A stretch of DNA of 64,000 nt, taken from positions 2,652-66,651 of the forward strand of contig CACELG010000005.1 in NCBI GenBank assembly GCA_902560315.1. The letters run 5' to 3'. Numbering within the stretch: the first letter of the stretch is position 1; each line of letters starts with the position of its first letter. This document shows positions 1 through 9,487 of this stretch, in pieces. A model generated the notes under the pieces. That model worked only from the letters and a program-made list of their open reading frames with translations, made no database searches and was not told where the DNA came from. A program made the position numbers and the translations under genes. Source of the DNA: an uncultured SAR86 cluster bacterium. Its GTDB lineage: Bacteria; Pseudomonadota; Gammaproteobacteria; Magnimaribacterales; D2472.

Positions 1-477
1 AAACTATGGACTTTATATGTCCTTGGTAAAGCTGTTAGGGCACAAGCAGGATCAAAAACTCTTGATGTAAGAAATCCTCTTGGAAGAGTTCTTAAAGTTG
101 GTGAAGATAACTTTAAGAAAGATATAGATACCTTAGAGTTAAAACTTGCTGAAGCAATTATGTCTGAAAGACCATCTATTGAAAGAGGAATTGGAGCGGT
201 AAGAATAATATCTGTTGTTGCTCCTTTGGCTGGTTTGCTTGGTACTGTTACAGGTATGATCGTTACTTTCCAAATGATTACTTTATATGGAACTGGCGAC
301 CCTAAACTAATGGCTGGAGGTATTTCACAAGCACTTGTGACAACTGTGTTAGGTTTATTAGTTGCAATACCAACAACGCTTTTACATTCTTTTACAGCAT
401 CTTCTGCTAAAGGAATCATTAGCGTTCTTGAAGAGCAAAGCACTGGCATACTTGCTGAAAGAGCAGAAGGAAGTTAA
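1..477 (+). CDS. MotA/TolQ/ExbB-family proton-channel protein, 5'-truncated by the window edge (TtpC-like position in a TonB2-type cluster)
   Basis: Frame 1 is open from nt 1 with no stop before the track ATG at 160. The C-terminal APLAGLLGTVTGMI..F motif is typical of ExbB/TolQ. It is followed directly by exbB-exbD-tonB. Confidence 0.8.
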   Translation, partial: KLWTLYVLGKAVRAQAGSKTLDVRNPLGRVLKVGEDNFKKDIDTLELKLAEAIMSERPSIERGIGAVRIISVVAPLAGLLGTVTGMIVTFQMITLYGTGDPKLMAGGISQALVTTVLGLLVAIPTTLLHSFTASSAKGIISVLEEQSTGILAERAEGS

Positions 478-486
478 TAACTAATT

Positions 487-1017
487 ATGTTTTTTGCTAT
501 CACTGAAGCTTTTTCTTCCATAAGAGATTTTATGGAAGCAGGAGGTAGTGTTTTATGGTTAATTGCTATCTTAGTTTTCTTTATGTGGGCAATGATTTTT
601 GAAAGAATTTGGTATTTTTCTCATGGTCATGAGTTTTATGTCCAAGACCTTGCAAGCAAATGGAATAATAGAAATGATAAGACATCATGGCATGCATTGC
701 AGATTCGTGAAAAAATGCTTTCTCAGGCGAGGGTAGAGATTAATAGAAATTTAACAATAATCCAAACTTGTGTAGTTTTGGCTCCACTATTCGGTCTATT
801 AGGAACAGTAACTGGGATGATAGAAGTTTTCCAAGTTATGGCTTTTAACGGAGGTGGGGATGCGAGATCTATGGCTGGTGGAGTTTCAAAAGCAACTCTT
901 CCAACAATGGCAGGAATGGTGGTTGCTCTTTCAGGTGTTTTTGCGACCATATATTTAACTAGCGCATCTGACAGACATACTAATGATTTAAGAGAATTAA
1001 TAAAAAGAGAATTATAG
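487..1017 (+). CDS. exbB: ExbB/TolQ-family biopolymer transport proton channel
   Basis: 176 aa with 3 predicted TM segments and the LAPLFGLLGTVTGMIEVF motif. It lies upstream of exbD and tonB. Confidence 0.85.
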   Translation: MFFAITEAFSSIRDFMEAGGSVLWLIAILVFFMWAMIFERIWYFSHGHEFYVQDLASKWNNRNDKTSWHALQIREKMLSQARVEINRNLTIIQTCVVLAPLFGLLGTVTGMIEVFQVMAFNGGGDARSMAGGVSKATLPTMAGMVVALSGVFATIYLTSASDRHTNDLRELIKREL

Positions 1018-1027
1018 GAGAAAGTAA

Positions 1028-1438
1028 ATGAGAAGAAATGCAATAAGCAGTGCTGTAAAGGATGATGAAAGTGAAATAAATTTAACTCCAATGCTTGATG
1101 TTGTTTTCATCATGCTTATCTTTTTTATTGTAACTGCTAACTTTATAAAAGAGCCTGGTCTTGAGATAAATAGACCTGACTCTGATACAGCAGAAACACA
1201 AGAGAATGCAGCAATTTTGATTGCTGTTGGTCCTACAGGCGAAGTATGGATGGATGGAAGAAGGATTGATGTTAGGCAAGTAAAAGCGAATGTTGTAAAG
1301 TTGCTAGCAGATAATCCTAAAGGATCTGTTGTAATACAAGCAGATGAAAAAGCTGTAGCTGATACCATAATAAAAGTCATGGATGGAGCGAGAGAAGCAG
1401 GTGTTAATGCTATTTCACTTGCATCAGAACCAAAATAA
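1028..1438 (+). CDS. exbD: ExbD/TolR-family biopolymer transport protein
   Basis: 136 aa. It has a single N-terminal TM (INLTPMLDVVFIMLIFFIV) and a periplasmic domain typical of ExbD. Confidence 0.85.
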   Translation: MRRNAISSAVKDDESEINLTPMLDVVFIMLIFFIVTANFIKEPGLEINRPDSDTAETQENAAILIAVGPTGEVWMDGRRIDVRQVKANVVKLLADNPKGSVVIQADEKAVADTIIKVMDGAREAGVNAISLASEPK

Positions 1439-1441
1439 ATT

Positions 1442-2143
1442 ATGAATCAAGTTCTTGCAGCTATAAATACTGTTACAAAACCAATGCATGATCTTTATGT
1501 TAAAGCTTTTAATGCGAATAAATATGCTGCAGGAATTGGTTTTTCTTCAGCCATTACTTTAGCTTTATTTTTTGTAATGGTGATTCTAATATCTTTAGGA
1601 GATAGTGGTTTAAAAGAAGACACATCTGTAAAGCTTGCTGACGTAGTGATGCCAGAAAGACAAATCGATACTTTTATGACTGAAGTTGATAAACCTGATA
1701 AGCCAGAAGAGCAACCAGAAGATATTGCTCAGCCAGAACTTGATCTTCAACCATTAACTGGAATGGATGTAACGGTTGCAAAACCTAAAGCAAACTTTAA
1801 AGCTGGAGGTTCATTTTTTAGAGATGGCGAATACATACCATTATTTAAAGTTGTTCCAATTTATCCTAGAAGAGCTCAAGAAAGAGGTACGATGGGTTAT
1901 GCATTAGTTGAGTTTACAATAACCGAAACAGGCAGCGTTGAGGATGCAAGCGCCCTTGAAGGATATTGTTCAAATTCTAATCCTAGCGATCCTGCAACAG
2001 AATTTAGACCTTGCACAATGTTTAATAGCGCTTCTGCAAGAGCAGCTCTAAAATTAAAATATAAACCTAAAATTGTTGATGGAAGAGCAGTGCCAGTTAG
2101 CGGTGTATTACATAGGTTTACATATATACTAGATGAAGAATAG
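1442..2143 (+). CDS. tonB: TonB-family energy transducer
   Basis: 233 aa. It has an N-terminal TM anchor, an acidic Pro/Glu spacer (KPDKPEEQPEDIAQPE) and a C-terminal TonB domain (YPRRAQERGTMGYALVEF...DGRAVP). Cys176 and Cys191 bracket an extra loop. Confidence 0.8.
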   Translation: MNQVLAAINTVTKPMHDLYVKAFNANKYAAGIGFSSAITLALFFVMVILISLGDSGLKEDTSVKLADVVMPERQIDTFMTEVDKPDKPEEQPEDIAQPELDLQPLTGMDVTVAKPKANFKAGGSFFRDGEYIPLFKVVPIYPRRAQERGTMGYALVEFTITETGSVEDASALEGYCSNSNPSDPATEFRPCTMFNSASARAALKLKYKPKIVDGRAVPVSGVLHRFTYILDEE

Positions 2144-2153
2144 AATTTAAGTT

Positions 2154-3593
2154 ATGAAGAAAAAATTTACAACATATTTATTTTCAACTTTGGCATTATT
2201 GTTTGCATTTTCCTCAATAAATCTTGAAGCACAATCACAATCTGATACAAAAAAACCTATCAAGTATAAAAAAGCTAGAGCACTTCAAACATCTACTGCT
2301 AAGAAGATGGCAAAAGTTTATGAAGCTTTGGAAGAAGTTGATGATGCAGGTGAACCAAAACCAGATATGGAAACTGTTTTAAGCGTTCTTACAGAACTTC
2401 GAAATAATAAAGATGAATTAAAAAGTTATGATCGTTCTGTGATGTGGAATGCTTGGGCTTATGTATATATGACTGATGGAAAATATCCTCAAGCTATGGA
2501 TGCTTACACAAAACTAATGAATGAACCAGAGGTAACAATTGGCCTTAGAAATGGAGCAATACTTGCTTTAGCTCAATTAAATTTAGCTCAAGAAAATTAT
2601 CAAAAGGGTATTCAATTAATTCTTCAATGGATGGATGAAGTTGAAACAGTGACCGCTCAGTCCTGGTCACTTCTTGGCCAAGCATATTTCGCTATTAACA
2701 ATTACAGAAAATCTATGTCTTCTCTTGAAACAGCAATTTCTTTAGCGGAAGAAGAGGGTTATAAACCAAGAGAAAGCTGGTATCAACTTTTAGCAGGTTG
2801 TATCAGTGAGCTTAAAGAGGAAATTGGAGAAAAAGAATCTTTATTAAGACAGCGCGATATATTTGAAATTTTAGTAAATCTTTACCCTAAAAAATTATAT
2901 TTTATTCAATTAGGTGGAGTATACGGACAGCTTGGCAGAGAAAGAGATTACATGATTACTTTAAAAGCAGCCTATCAGAAAGACTTTTTAGACAAAGAGT
3001 CAGAATATCTAGCTTTAGCCCAACTTCTTTTATTAAATAAGAATCCTTATTGGGCGGCTGAAGTTCTTGTTTCTGGACAACAGAAAATAGTTACGACTGT
3101 AGAAACTGTCGTAGATGAGGTAACTAAAGAAGAAACTAAAATTGAGAAAACAGGCCCAGTAGTAAGAGATACCGAGAAAAATTTAAAAACATTAGCAGAT
3201 GCGTGGAGAATGGCTCAGGAGATTGATAAAGCGATACCAATACTTGAGAGAGCTGCAAAGATGTCAAAAGATGGCAAATCTTATGTACTACTTGGTAACT
3301 TATACTTGTCAGAAGATAAAGTACAAGATGCTGTAGGCGCAATTAAGAAAGGCTTAGAAAAAGGAAAAATTAAAGATCTTTCTCAAGTGTATTTAACACT
3401 AGGCCAAGCACATTTTGAACTTGAAGAATTTGATGAAGCTAAAAAGAATTTTAGAATAGCTGCAAGAGATAAAAAGAAAAAGATAAAAACTCAGGCAAAT
3501 AACTGGATTAAATACACTGAAAATGAAGAAATTAGAGTTAAGAATCTTGCTTTAAGAAGAGACTTCATTCAAATGAATTCTTCTTCATCCTAG
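2154..3593 (+). CDS. Secreted TPR-repeat protein (TtpD-like position downstream of tonB)
   Basis: 479 aa with a signal peptide (ALLFAFSSINLEA/QS) and repeated helical A/Y/L-rich TPR-like units. The functional link to TonB rests on position only. Confidence 0.6.
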   Translation: MKKKFTTYLFSTLALLFAFSSINLEAQSQSDTKKPIKYKKARALQTSTAKKMAKVYEALEEVDDAGEPKPDMETVLSVLTELRNNKDELKSYDRSVMWNAWAYVYMTDGKYPQAMDAYTKLMNEPEVTIGLRNGAILALAQLNLAQENYQKGIQLILQWMDEVETVTAQSWSLLGQAYFAINNYRKSMSSLETAISLAEEEGYKPRESWYQLLAGCISELKEEIGEKESLLRQRDIFEILVNLYPKKLYFIQLGGVYGQLGRERDYMITLKAAYQKDFLDKESEYLALAQLLLLNKNPYWAAEVLVSGQQKIVTTVETVVDEVTKEETKIEKTGPVVRDTEKNLKTLADAWRMAQEIDKAIPILERAAKMSKDGKSYVLLGNLYLSEDKVQDAVGAIKKGLEKGKIKDLSQVYLTLGQAHFELEEFDEAKKNFRIAARDKKKKIKTQANNWIKYTENEEIRVKNLALRRDFIQMNSSSS

Positions 3594-4096
3594 GATCTTT
3601 CATAAACCTTTACAACGAAATTAAAATCATTATCTGAATCTTTGATAAATTTTTTTGAGCTCACTTCATTCCACTCTTCTAAATTAATTTTTGGATAAAA
3701 CACATCGCCATCTATTTCGCAGTCAACTTCACTTAATACTAATTTATTTGTTATTTTAAGCGTATCTCTAAAAAGATAGCCTCCACCAATAATTACAATT
3801 TCATTATATATTTCATTATTAATACACATCTCTTTTGCATTTTTTATTGCTTCCTCAGTACTTTTATAAATATATGCACCTTTAATTTCATTTAATGTAT
3901 TTGAGACAATAAGGTTTTTTCTATTTGGAAGTGGCCTACCAATTGATTCAAATGTCTTTCTCCCCATAACAATTATTTTGTTTGTTGTGTAATCTTTAAA
4001 ATGAGCAAGGTCAGTTTTCAAGTTCCAAGGAAGATTATTATCTACACCAATAACATTATTATTAGATAGAGCTACAACATGAGAAATTGTAATCAT
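3590..4096 (-). CDS. folA: Dihydrofolate reductase
   Basis: 168 aa. Contains IGVDNNLPW, MGRKTFESIGRPLPNRKNLIVS and GGG motifs. It lies adjacent to thyA. Confidence 0.9.
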   Translation of the reverse strand: MITISHVVALSNNNVIGVDNNLPWNLKTDLAHFKDYTTNKIIVMGRKTFESIGRPLPNRKNLIVSNTLNEIKGAYIYKSTEEAIKNAKEMCINNEIYNEIVIIGGGYLFRDTLKITNKLVLSEVDCEIDGDVFYPKINLEEWNEVSSKKFIKDSDNDFNFVVKVYERS

Positions 4097-4960
4097 TTAT
4101 ATTGCCATTTTTGCTTTAATAGGCGGATGAGGATCATAATTTTCTAGAATAAAATCATTAACAGTAAGTTTGTTAATATCTTCTAAATTATCAATATTTG
4201 GAATAATAAGTTTAGGAAGTGGTTTTGGATCCCTAGATAATTGTTCCTTTACTTGATCGATTGAGTTTATATAAATATGCGCATCTCCAAATGAATGAAT
4301 AAACCTTTTTGGTTTAAGACTTAATATTTCTGCCAAGATTGATAGCAGCAAGGCATAACTAGCAATATTAAAAGGGACACCAAGGAACATATCAGCACTT
4401 CTTTGATACATATGACAGCTTATTGTTTCTCTATGCACATAGAATTGAGACATAACATGACACGGCGGTAGAGCCATTTTATCTATTTGACCGACATTCC
4501 ATGCAGAAAGTATATGTCTCCTGCCATCAGGATTATTCTTGAGGCCTTCTAATAAATCTCGTATTTGATCTACACCACCCCAATTTCTCCACTGAACACC
4601 ATATACTGGGCCTAGAAGTTTCTTTGTATCGGAATTTTCATATCCTAATTCTTTTCCTTGATTTTCAGCATTGTCAGTCCAAATTGTTGAATATTTTTCC
4701 AAGTCCGTTAACTCAGATCTATCTTTATTAAATCTTATTTCTGCCAATCTTCTTTCGTCATCAGAACCTTCAAGAAACCATAGAAGTTCAGAAACAACAC
4801 CTTTCCATGCTAATGATTTAGTAGTCACGGCAGGAAATCCATCTTCTAAATCAAATTCAAGTTGATGTCCAAAAGATGATATTGTTCCTGTATTAGTTCT
4901 ATCGTTTTTTTCTTCACCATTATCGATGATATATTTAAGAAGATCTAAATATGCTTTCAT
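4097..4960 (-). CDS. thyA: Thymidylate synthase (ThyA type)
   Basis: 287 aa. Contains LPPCHVMSQFYV (catalytic Cys), GDAHIY and GVPFNIASYALL motifs. Confidence 0.95.
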   Translation of the reverse strand: MKAYLDLLKYIIDNGEEKNDRTNTGTISSFGHQLEFDLEDGFPAVTTKSLAWKGVVSELLWFLEGSDDERRLAEIRFNKDRSELTDLEKYSTIWTDNAENQGKELGYENSDTKKLLGPVYGVQWRNWGGVDQIRDLLEGLKNNPDGRRHILSAWNVGQIDKMALPPCHVMSQFYVHRETISCHMYQRSADMFLGVPFNIASYALLLSILAEILSLKPKRFIHSFGDAHIYINSIDQVKEQLSRDPKPLPKLIIPNIDNLEDINKLTVNDFILENYDPHPPIKAKMAI

Positions 4961-5754
4961 ATATTTTTCCTAGAATACATCAAAATAAAAAATCCCATAA
5001 TTATCATTGGTATACATAACACTTGACCCATACTAATAAAATCAAAAGCAATATAACCTAAATGTGCATCAGGTTGCCTAAAGAACTCAATTATAAATCT
5101 TATTGACCCATAAAAAATAAGAAATGATGAACAAACTATACCTTTATTATTAGTTTTTTTACTTATGTAAAATAATAACAAAAATAACACTATCCCTTCA
5201 CCAAAACTCTCATAGATTTGAGAAGGATGGCGTAAGGCTCCAAATGGATCTGTTGGAAATATAAAACCCCAATCACCATTAGTTACTTTGCCGTATAACT
5301 CCCCATTTAAAAAATTTCCAATTCTTACTAGTCCAAGTCCTATAGGCATAGCCAGGGCAACACTATCCATTAATCTTAAAAATTCAACCCCTTTTTTTCT
5401 ACAAAAAATAATTAAGCTAATAATCACGCCTATCAGACCCCCATGAAAGCTTAATCCACCTTGCCAAATATAGAATAATGATAAAGGATCATTTATTAAT
5501 TGATCTATTCCATAGAAGAGCATGTAACCAACTCGGCCTCCACACATTGCTCCAAAAAATAGCCCATATAAAAAAACCATATCGTTTACTTCATCTTTAG
5601 ATAGGCCAACCTCTAGAATCACTTTATTATTTTTTAAGAAGATATATATAAGTAATGCAGACAGCAACCACGTGACAGCATAGTATTGTATTTTTAGAGG
5701 CCCTAATTCAATTAGACTAGGATTATTAAAAAAATCTGATAATTCGATAATCAT
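4957..5754 (-). CDS. lgt: Prolipoprotein diacylglyceryl transferase
   Basis: Track ORF trimmed to Met13, where ATG 5754-5752 forms an ATGA overlap with the upstream stop. It is polytopic with a GGRVGYMLFYG motif, and lgt-thyA adjacency matches E. coli. Confidence 0.88.
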   Translation of the reverse strand: MIIELSDFFNNPSLIELGPLKIQYYAVTWLLSALLIYIFLKNNKVILEVGLSKDEVNDMVFLYGLFFGAMCGGRVGYMLFYGIDQLINDPLSLFYIWQGGLSFHGGLIGVIISLIIFCRKKGVEFLRLMDSVALAMPIGLGLVRIGNFLNGELYGKVTNGDWGFIFPTDPFGALRHPSQIYESFGEGIVLFLLLFYISKKTNNKGIVCSSFLIFYGSIRFIIEFFRQPDAHLGYIAFDFISMGQVLCIPMIIMGFFILMYSRKNI

Positions 5755-6539
5755 ACAATGAACATATATATTGAAATTATAAAGAACCAAGATGCCATAA
5801 GCCTTCTTAGAGTATCCTTTGATAAATAATGAGCAAGATCTGCTCCATACTTAGCAGAAAATATACTAGTAATTGAAACTCCAATTAATGCAGGCATATA
5901 AATAAAACCAAGGCTCATATTAGGAAGCAGGTCGATATTTAGACCTGCAACAATATAACCAAGTGTTCCAAAAATTGCTATAGGCACACCACACGCAGCA
6001 GAAGTGCCTATTGATGAGGTTAGGCTCAAACCAGAGCCCTTAAAATAAGGAACAGAAAATGTGCCACCACCTATACCTAAAATAGAAGACAAAAAACCTA
6101 TTCCAGATCCTACAAAAATAGATTTTGGCTTGAATTGAAATATTTTCTGAATAATATTTTTATCTAATAACATATCTAAGCCTACAATCAATATGAAAGA
6201 AGCTATAGTTAGTTTAAGTATTAGGCCATCAATTTGAACAGCAAATAATGCACCAGCAAAAGCCCCAAAAATTATTCCAGCTGCAACAGGTTTAAAATGA
6301 TTTATGTTAACTGAACCTTTAATTCTATGAGCATTAGCCGAAGAAAGGCTTGTGAAAATAATACATGCTATTGATGTTCCAATAGCAAGCTGGACTATAA
6401 TCTCATTATTAAAATCTAAACTTAAAAAAGTACCAATAAGGACCGGTACCATAATTAATCCACCACCAATACCAAACATACCTGCTAATAAACCTGCAAG
6501 GATTCCTAGGGCTCCAAAAATTAAGATTTCATCAAACAT
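5751..6539 (-). CDS. TauE/SafE-family anion (sulfite) exporter-like membrane protein
   Basis: 262 aa, Gly-rich, about 8 TM segments with an internal duplication (GIGGG.. motifs in both halves). Confidence 0.7.
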   Translation of the reverse strand: MFDEILIFGALGILAGLLAGMFGIGGGLIMVPVLIGTFLSLDFNNEIIVQLAIGTSIACIIFTSLSSANAHRIKGSVNINHFKPVAAGIIFGAFAGALFAVQIDGLILKLTIASFILIVGLDMLLDKNIIQKIFQFKPKSIFVGSGIGFLSSILGIGGGTFSVPYFKGSGLSLTSSIGTSAACGVPIAIFGTLGYIVAGLNIDLLPNMSLGFIYMPALIGVSITSIFSAKYGADLAHYLSKDTLRRLMASWFFIISIYMFIV

Positions 6540-7014
6540 TAAATTCTCTACAGAAAGAATATTTTAATTTATTTAATGCTTCTCTATAGACCTTTTCTTT
6601 AAATGAAATAATCACATTTAAAGGATACCAGTAAGAGACCCATTTAAAATCATCAAACTCATTATCTGGATCATTATCAAAAGTAATGTTTACATCTTCT
6701 TTTAATTTAAAAAGAAACCACTTTTGTTTTTGACCTTTGAAATTATTGTTAATAAGTTTTCTTCTTCGACTTTTTTTTGGAATATCATATTTCAACCATT
6801 CATCTAAAGACTGAATTAACTTTATTGAGTTTGATTTTATTCCAACTTCTTCATGTAGCTCTCTTTTAGCTGCTTTTAATGAGTTTTCTGTATAATCAAT
6901 ACCTCCTTGAGGAAATTGCCAGCTGTTCATGCCTCTTCTTTTGCATAATAGTAACTTGCCTTCTTTATTTGCAACAATAAGCCCGACATTTGATCTGTAA
7001 CTTGTATCCTTCAT
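6532..7014 (-). CDS. rppH: RNA pyrophosphohydrolase (Nudix)
   Basis: 160 aa with the Nudix box GGIDYTENSLKAAKRELHEEVG. Architecture is NudH-like and the neighbourhood includes lgt-thyA. Confidence 0.85.
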   Translation of the reverse strand: MKDTSYRSNVGLIVANKEGKLLLCKRRGMNSWQFPQGGIDYTENSLKAAKRELHEEVGIKSNSIKLIQSLDEWLKYDIPKKSRRRKLINNNFKGQKQKWFLFKLKEDVNITFDNDPDNEFDDFKWVSYWYPLNVIISFKEKVYREALNKLKYSFCREFNV

Positions 7015-7018
7015 AAAT

Positions 7019-8572
7019 TTATATATTTTTGTTTAAGTCTATATTCTTATTTATTAAATAAACAAAGATAAGACTTAACATCACCAACAATAAACTTGGA
7101 CTTGCTGCCATCTCCCATTGTCCTTCGCTTGTGAAGTTATAAATTTTCGTTGAGAGTGTATAAAAGCCAACAGGACGCAATAACAATGTTGCAGGTTGTT
7201 CTTTTATACACTCAATAAAGACAATCATAGCGCTCAGAAGCAATGCTGGTTTAATTTGAGGTAGATAAAATAAATTAAATGCTTTTATAGAATTTGTTGG
7301 TTTCAAAGACAATGCATTTTCAGACGATTTAGAAATATTAGCTAGAGATGATGAAATATAATTAAATGCCGGCGTCATAAATCTTAAAGCAAGACATAAT
7401 ATGAGACCATAAACTCCAAAAACAGTAATTGATTTATTAAAAATTACGTCAAAACCAATTAATAATCCGGCTGCAATTACAGAACCCGGTATTGCATAGC
7501 CTGAGGTTGAAATAGAAATAAGCAATCTTAATTTTTCTGATGCTCTGTAACCTAAAGATAATGCAGTAGCAAAGAATATTGTAATAATTGCAGCCGATAT
7601 CCCCAGTATTAAGGAATTAACAAATAAATGAATATTATTTAAAAGACTAACGCTTGCATCAGATATTTGCCAAATTATTAGTTGTATTAGAGGCAAACAA
7701 AATACAAGAGCAAATATCGATGAGCAAATTAATAAGAATACAGCTTGTTTAATTTTACTTAACTCGATTTTATTATATTTTTCCGCCGTTTTAGATGCTA
7801 TTTGACGATAATCTCCACCAAAATATTTAGAAATTAAAATAATAATGAAAACAAATATTAATAAATAACCAGCCAATCGAGCGCCAGAAAAGTAACTTTG
7901 ATAACCGAACCATGCATCATATATTCCAACAGTAAAGGTATCCACTCTTAAAGTTGAAACGCCACCAAAATCTGCAATTGTTTCAAATATAACAAGAGCC
8001 ATACCGCCTATAATTGCAGGTCGCAATGACGGAAGAATTATCTTCCTGATAGCCTCTAAATCATTATCACCTAAAGATTTTGCTGCTTTAAAAACCTTTA
8101 CTCCAACTGAAGAAAGTTGAGCTTTAGTAATAAGAAATATATATGGAAATAGAGCCATAGACATTATGATGGAGGCACCAAATATGTTTTTAATTGAGGG
8201 CAAAGAGATACCATATATTCTTAGATATTCTGAAATAGGACTGGAGTATTCAAATATACCTACAAAAATAAAAGCATATACATATGCAGGAAATGCAATA
8301 GAAAGGCTAAGAGCCCAACTAAAAAAATTACTACCAGGAAATTTATAGAAGGTAACTAAAATTGCTAAGGGAACTGCAATAAGGGCAGAAATTATTGCGG
8401 AACTAAATGACATGAGTATGGTATTTAAAAAAAGGCTAGCCAAATAATCATTAGATAAAAAGTTAACATCAACTTCATTAAAAAATGCTAAAAAAAAGAA
8501 AATCACAAAGAAGGTGAGCGCAAAGAATAACCAGGGCAATGAAAGATATTTCCATATTTTTAAGTTTTGCAT
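7019..8572 (-). CDS. ABC transporter permease with two fused transmembrane domains (FbpB/ThiP iron(III)/thiamine type)
   Basis: 517 aa with about 12 TM segments. There are two EAA-like loops (KAAKSLGDNDLEAIRKIILPSLRP and ENALSLKPTNSIKAFNLFYLPQIKP). No ATPase or binding protein lies nearby. Confidence 0.75.
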   Translation of the reverse strand: MQNLKIWKYLSLPWLFFALTFFVIFFFLAFFNEVDVNFLSNDYLASLFLNTILMSFSSAIISALIAVPLAILVTFYKFPGSNFFSWALSLSIAFPAYVYAFIFVGIFEYSSPISEYLRIYGISLPSIKNIFGASIIMSMALFPYIFLITKAQLSSVGVKVFKAAKSLGDNDLEAIRKIILPSLRPAIIGGMALVIFETIADFGGVSTLRVDTFTVGIYDAWFGYQSYFSGARLAGYLLIFVFIIILISKYFGGDYRQIASKTAEKYNKIELSKIKQAVFLLICSSIFALVFCLPLIQLIIWQISDASVSLLNNIHLFVNSLILGISAAIITIFFATALSLGYRASEKLRLLISISTSGYAIPGSVIAAGLLIGFDVIFNKSITVFGVYGLILCLALRFMTPAFNYISSSLANISKSSENALSLKPTNSIKAFNLFYLPQIKPALLLSAMIVFIECIKEQPATLLLRPVGFYTLSTKIYNFTSEGQWEMAASPSLLLVMLSLIFVYLINKNIDLNKNI

Positions 8573-9480
8573 TATTTTTCTTCTTCTAGACTATCTGCAC
8601 CTTTCTCAAGTTTACTTCCAAGAACATTAACTCTAGTTTGAAGTTTTTGGACATCCTTTAATGCTCCGTCGAGTCTTTTAATAACAGAATCTGTACTTGA
8701 ATCAAAATTTGAAAACTCTCTCTGGATTTCTCTAACAACTTTGGCAACTGTTGCAGCTGTCTCATTTAACTTAAGGTAATGATGTCCTACTCTTATAGTA
8801 TCTAAAAAAGCTGCAAGGGTATTTGGACCAAGTATCAAAGTTCTCTTTTCTGTTAAACACTCTTGCCTTAAATTATCTATTTGATCTACTAGGTCAATAA
8901 GTTTTTCAGAAGCTATGTATAGAATTACATAATTTGATGTAATATTTTGATAGATATATTTTTTAGAAATATCATCCGCGTCTCTTAATACAGCAGTCCT
9001 CAAATCTCTTAATACCTTTTTTCTATCAGAATCATTATCAGCAGATTGGTAACTTTGATATTGACCCGCATAGAACTTTGAATCTATTGGCACACTAAAA
9101 CCTTCAGCAGTAGTAATTGAACAATCAACTCTATCAGATGATTCAGGATTAATTTGTGCCTGAAAATCATAACTTTCATTTGGCATAATATCTTGAACAA
9201 TTGACTCCAAGCTCCATTCTCCAAGTCTTCCAGTTGTAACATTTCCTCCAAGAAACCTATTTAATTCATTAATTGGAGTAGTTACTGAGGCTAAATCAAT
9301 CTCAATCTTATTAATATCATTAGAAACCTCATTAAGTTTATTTTGAAGGTTTTGGGCTCCACCTTGATCTGTGGCTTCTTTATTTTTTATGCTAAATAAC
9401 ATATAAACTAGAATTCCAATAATAAGGATTAAAGATATAAATATTAGATAATTAATCATGATGTTAGTATAAAATGACAT
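8572..9480 (-). CDS. rmuC: RmuC-family DNA recombination protein (short form)
   Basis: 302 aa. It has an N-terminal TM, a coiled coil, and then an RmuC core (GEWSLESIVQDIMP...DCSI...PIDSKF). Confidence 0.75.
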   Translation of the reverse strand: MSFYTNIMINYLIFISLILIIGILVYMLFSIKNKEATDQGGAQNLQNKLNEVSNDINKIEIDLASVTTPINELNRFLGGNVTTGRLGEWSLESIVQDIMPNESYDFQAQINPESSDRVDCSITTAEGFSVPIDSKFYAGQYQSYQSADNDSDRKKVLRDLRTAVLRDADDISKKYIYQNITSNYVILYIASEKLIDLVDQIDNLRQECLTEKRTLILGPNTLAAFLDTIRVGHHYLKLNETAATVAKVVREIQREFSNFDSSTDSVIKRLDGALKDVQKLQTRVNVLGSKLEKGADSLEEEK

Positions 9481-9487
9481 TTATATT

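Noticed and set aside
8572-9480. Short RmuC (302 aa versus about 475 aa in E. coli) as a truncated pseudogene or defence nuclease.
   Set aside because: The ORF is intact with a TM anchor, a coiled coil and the conserved core. Shortening is in line with many other compact proteins in this window.
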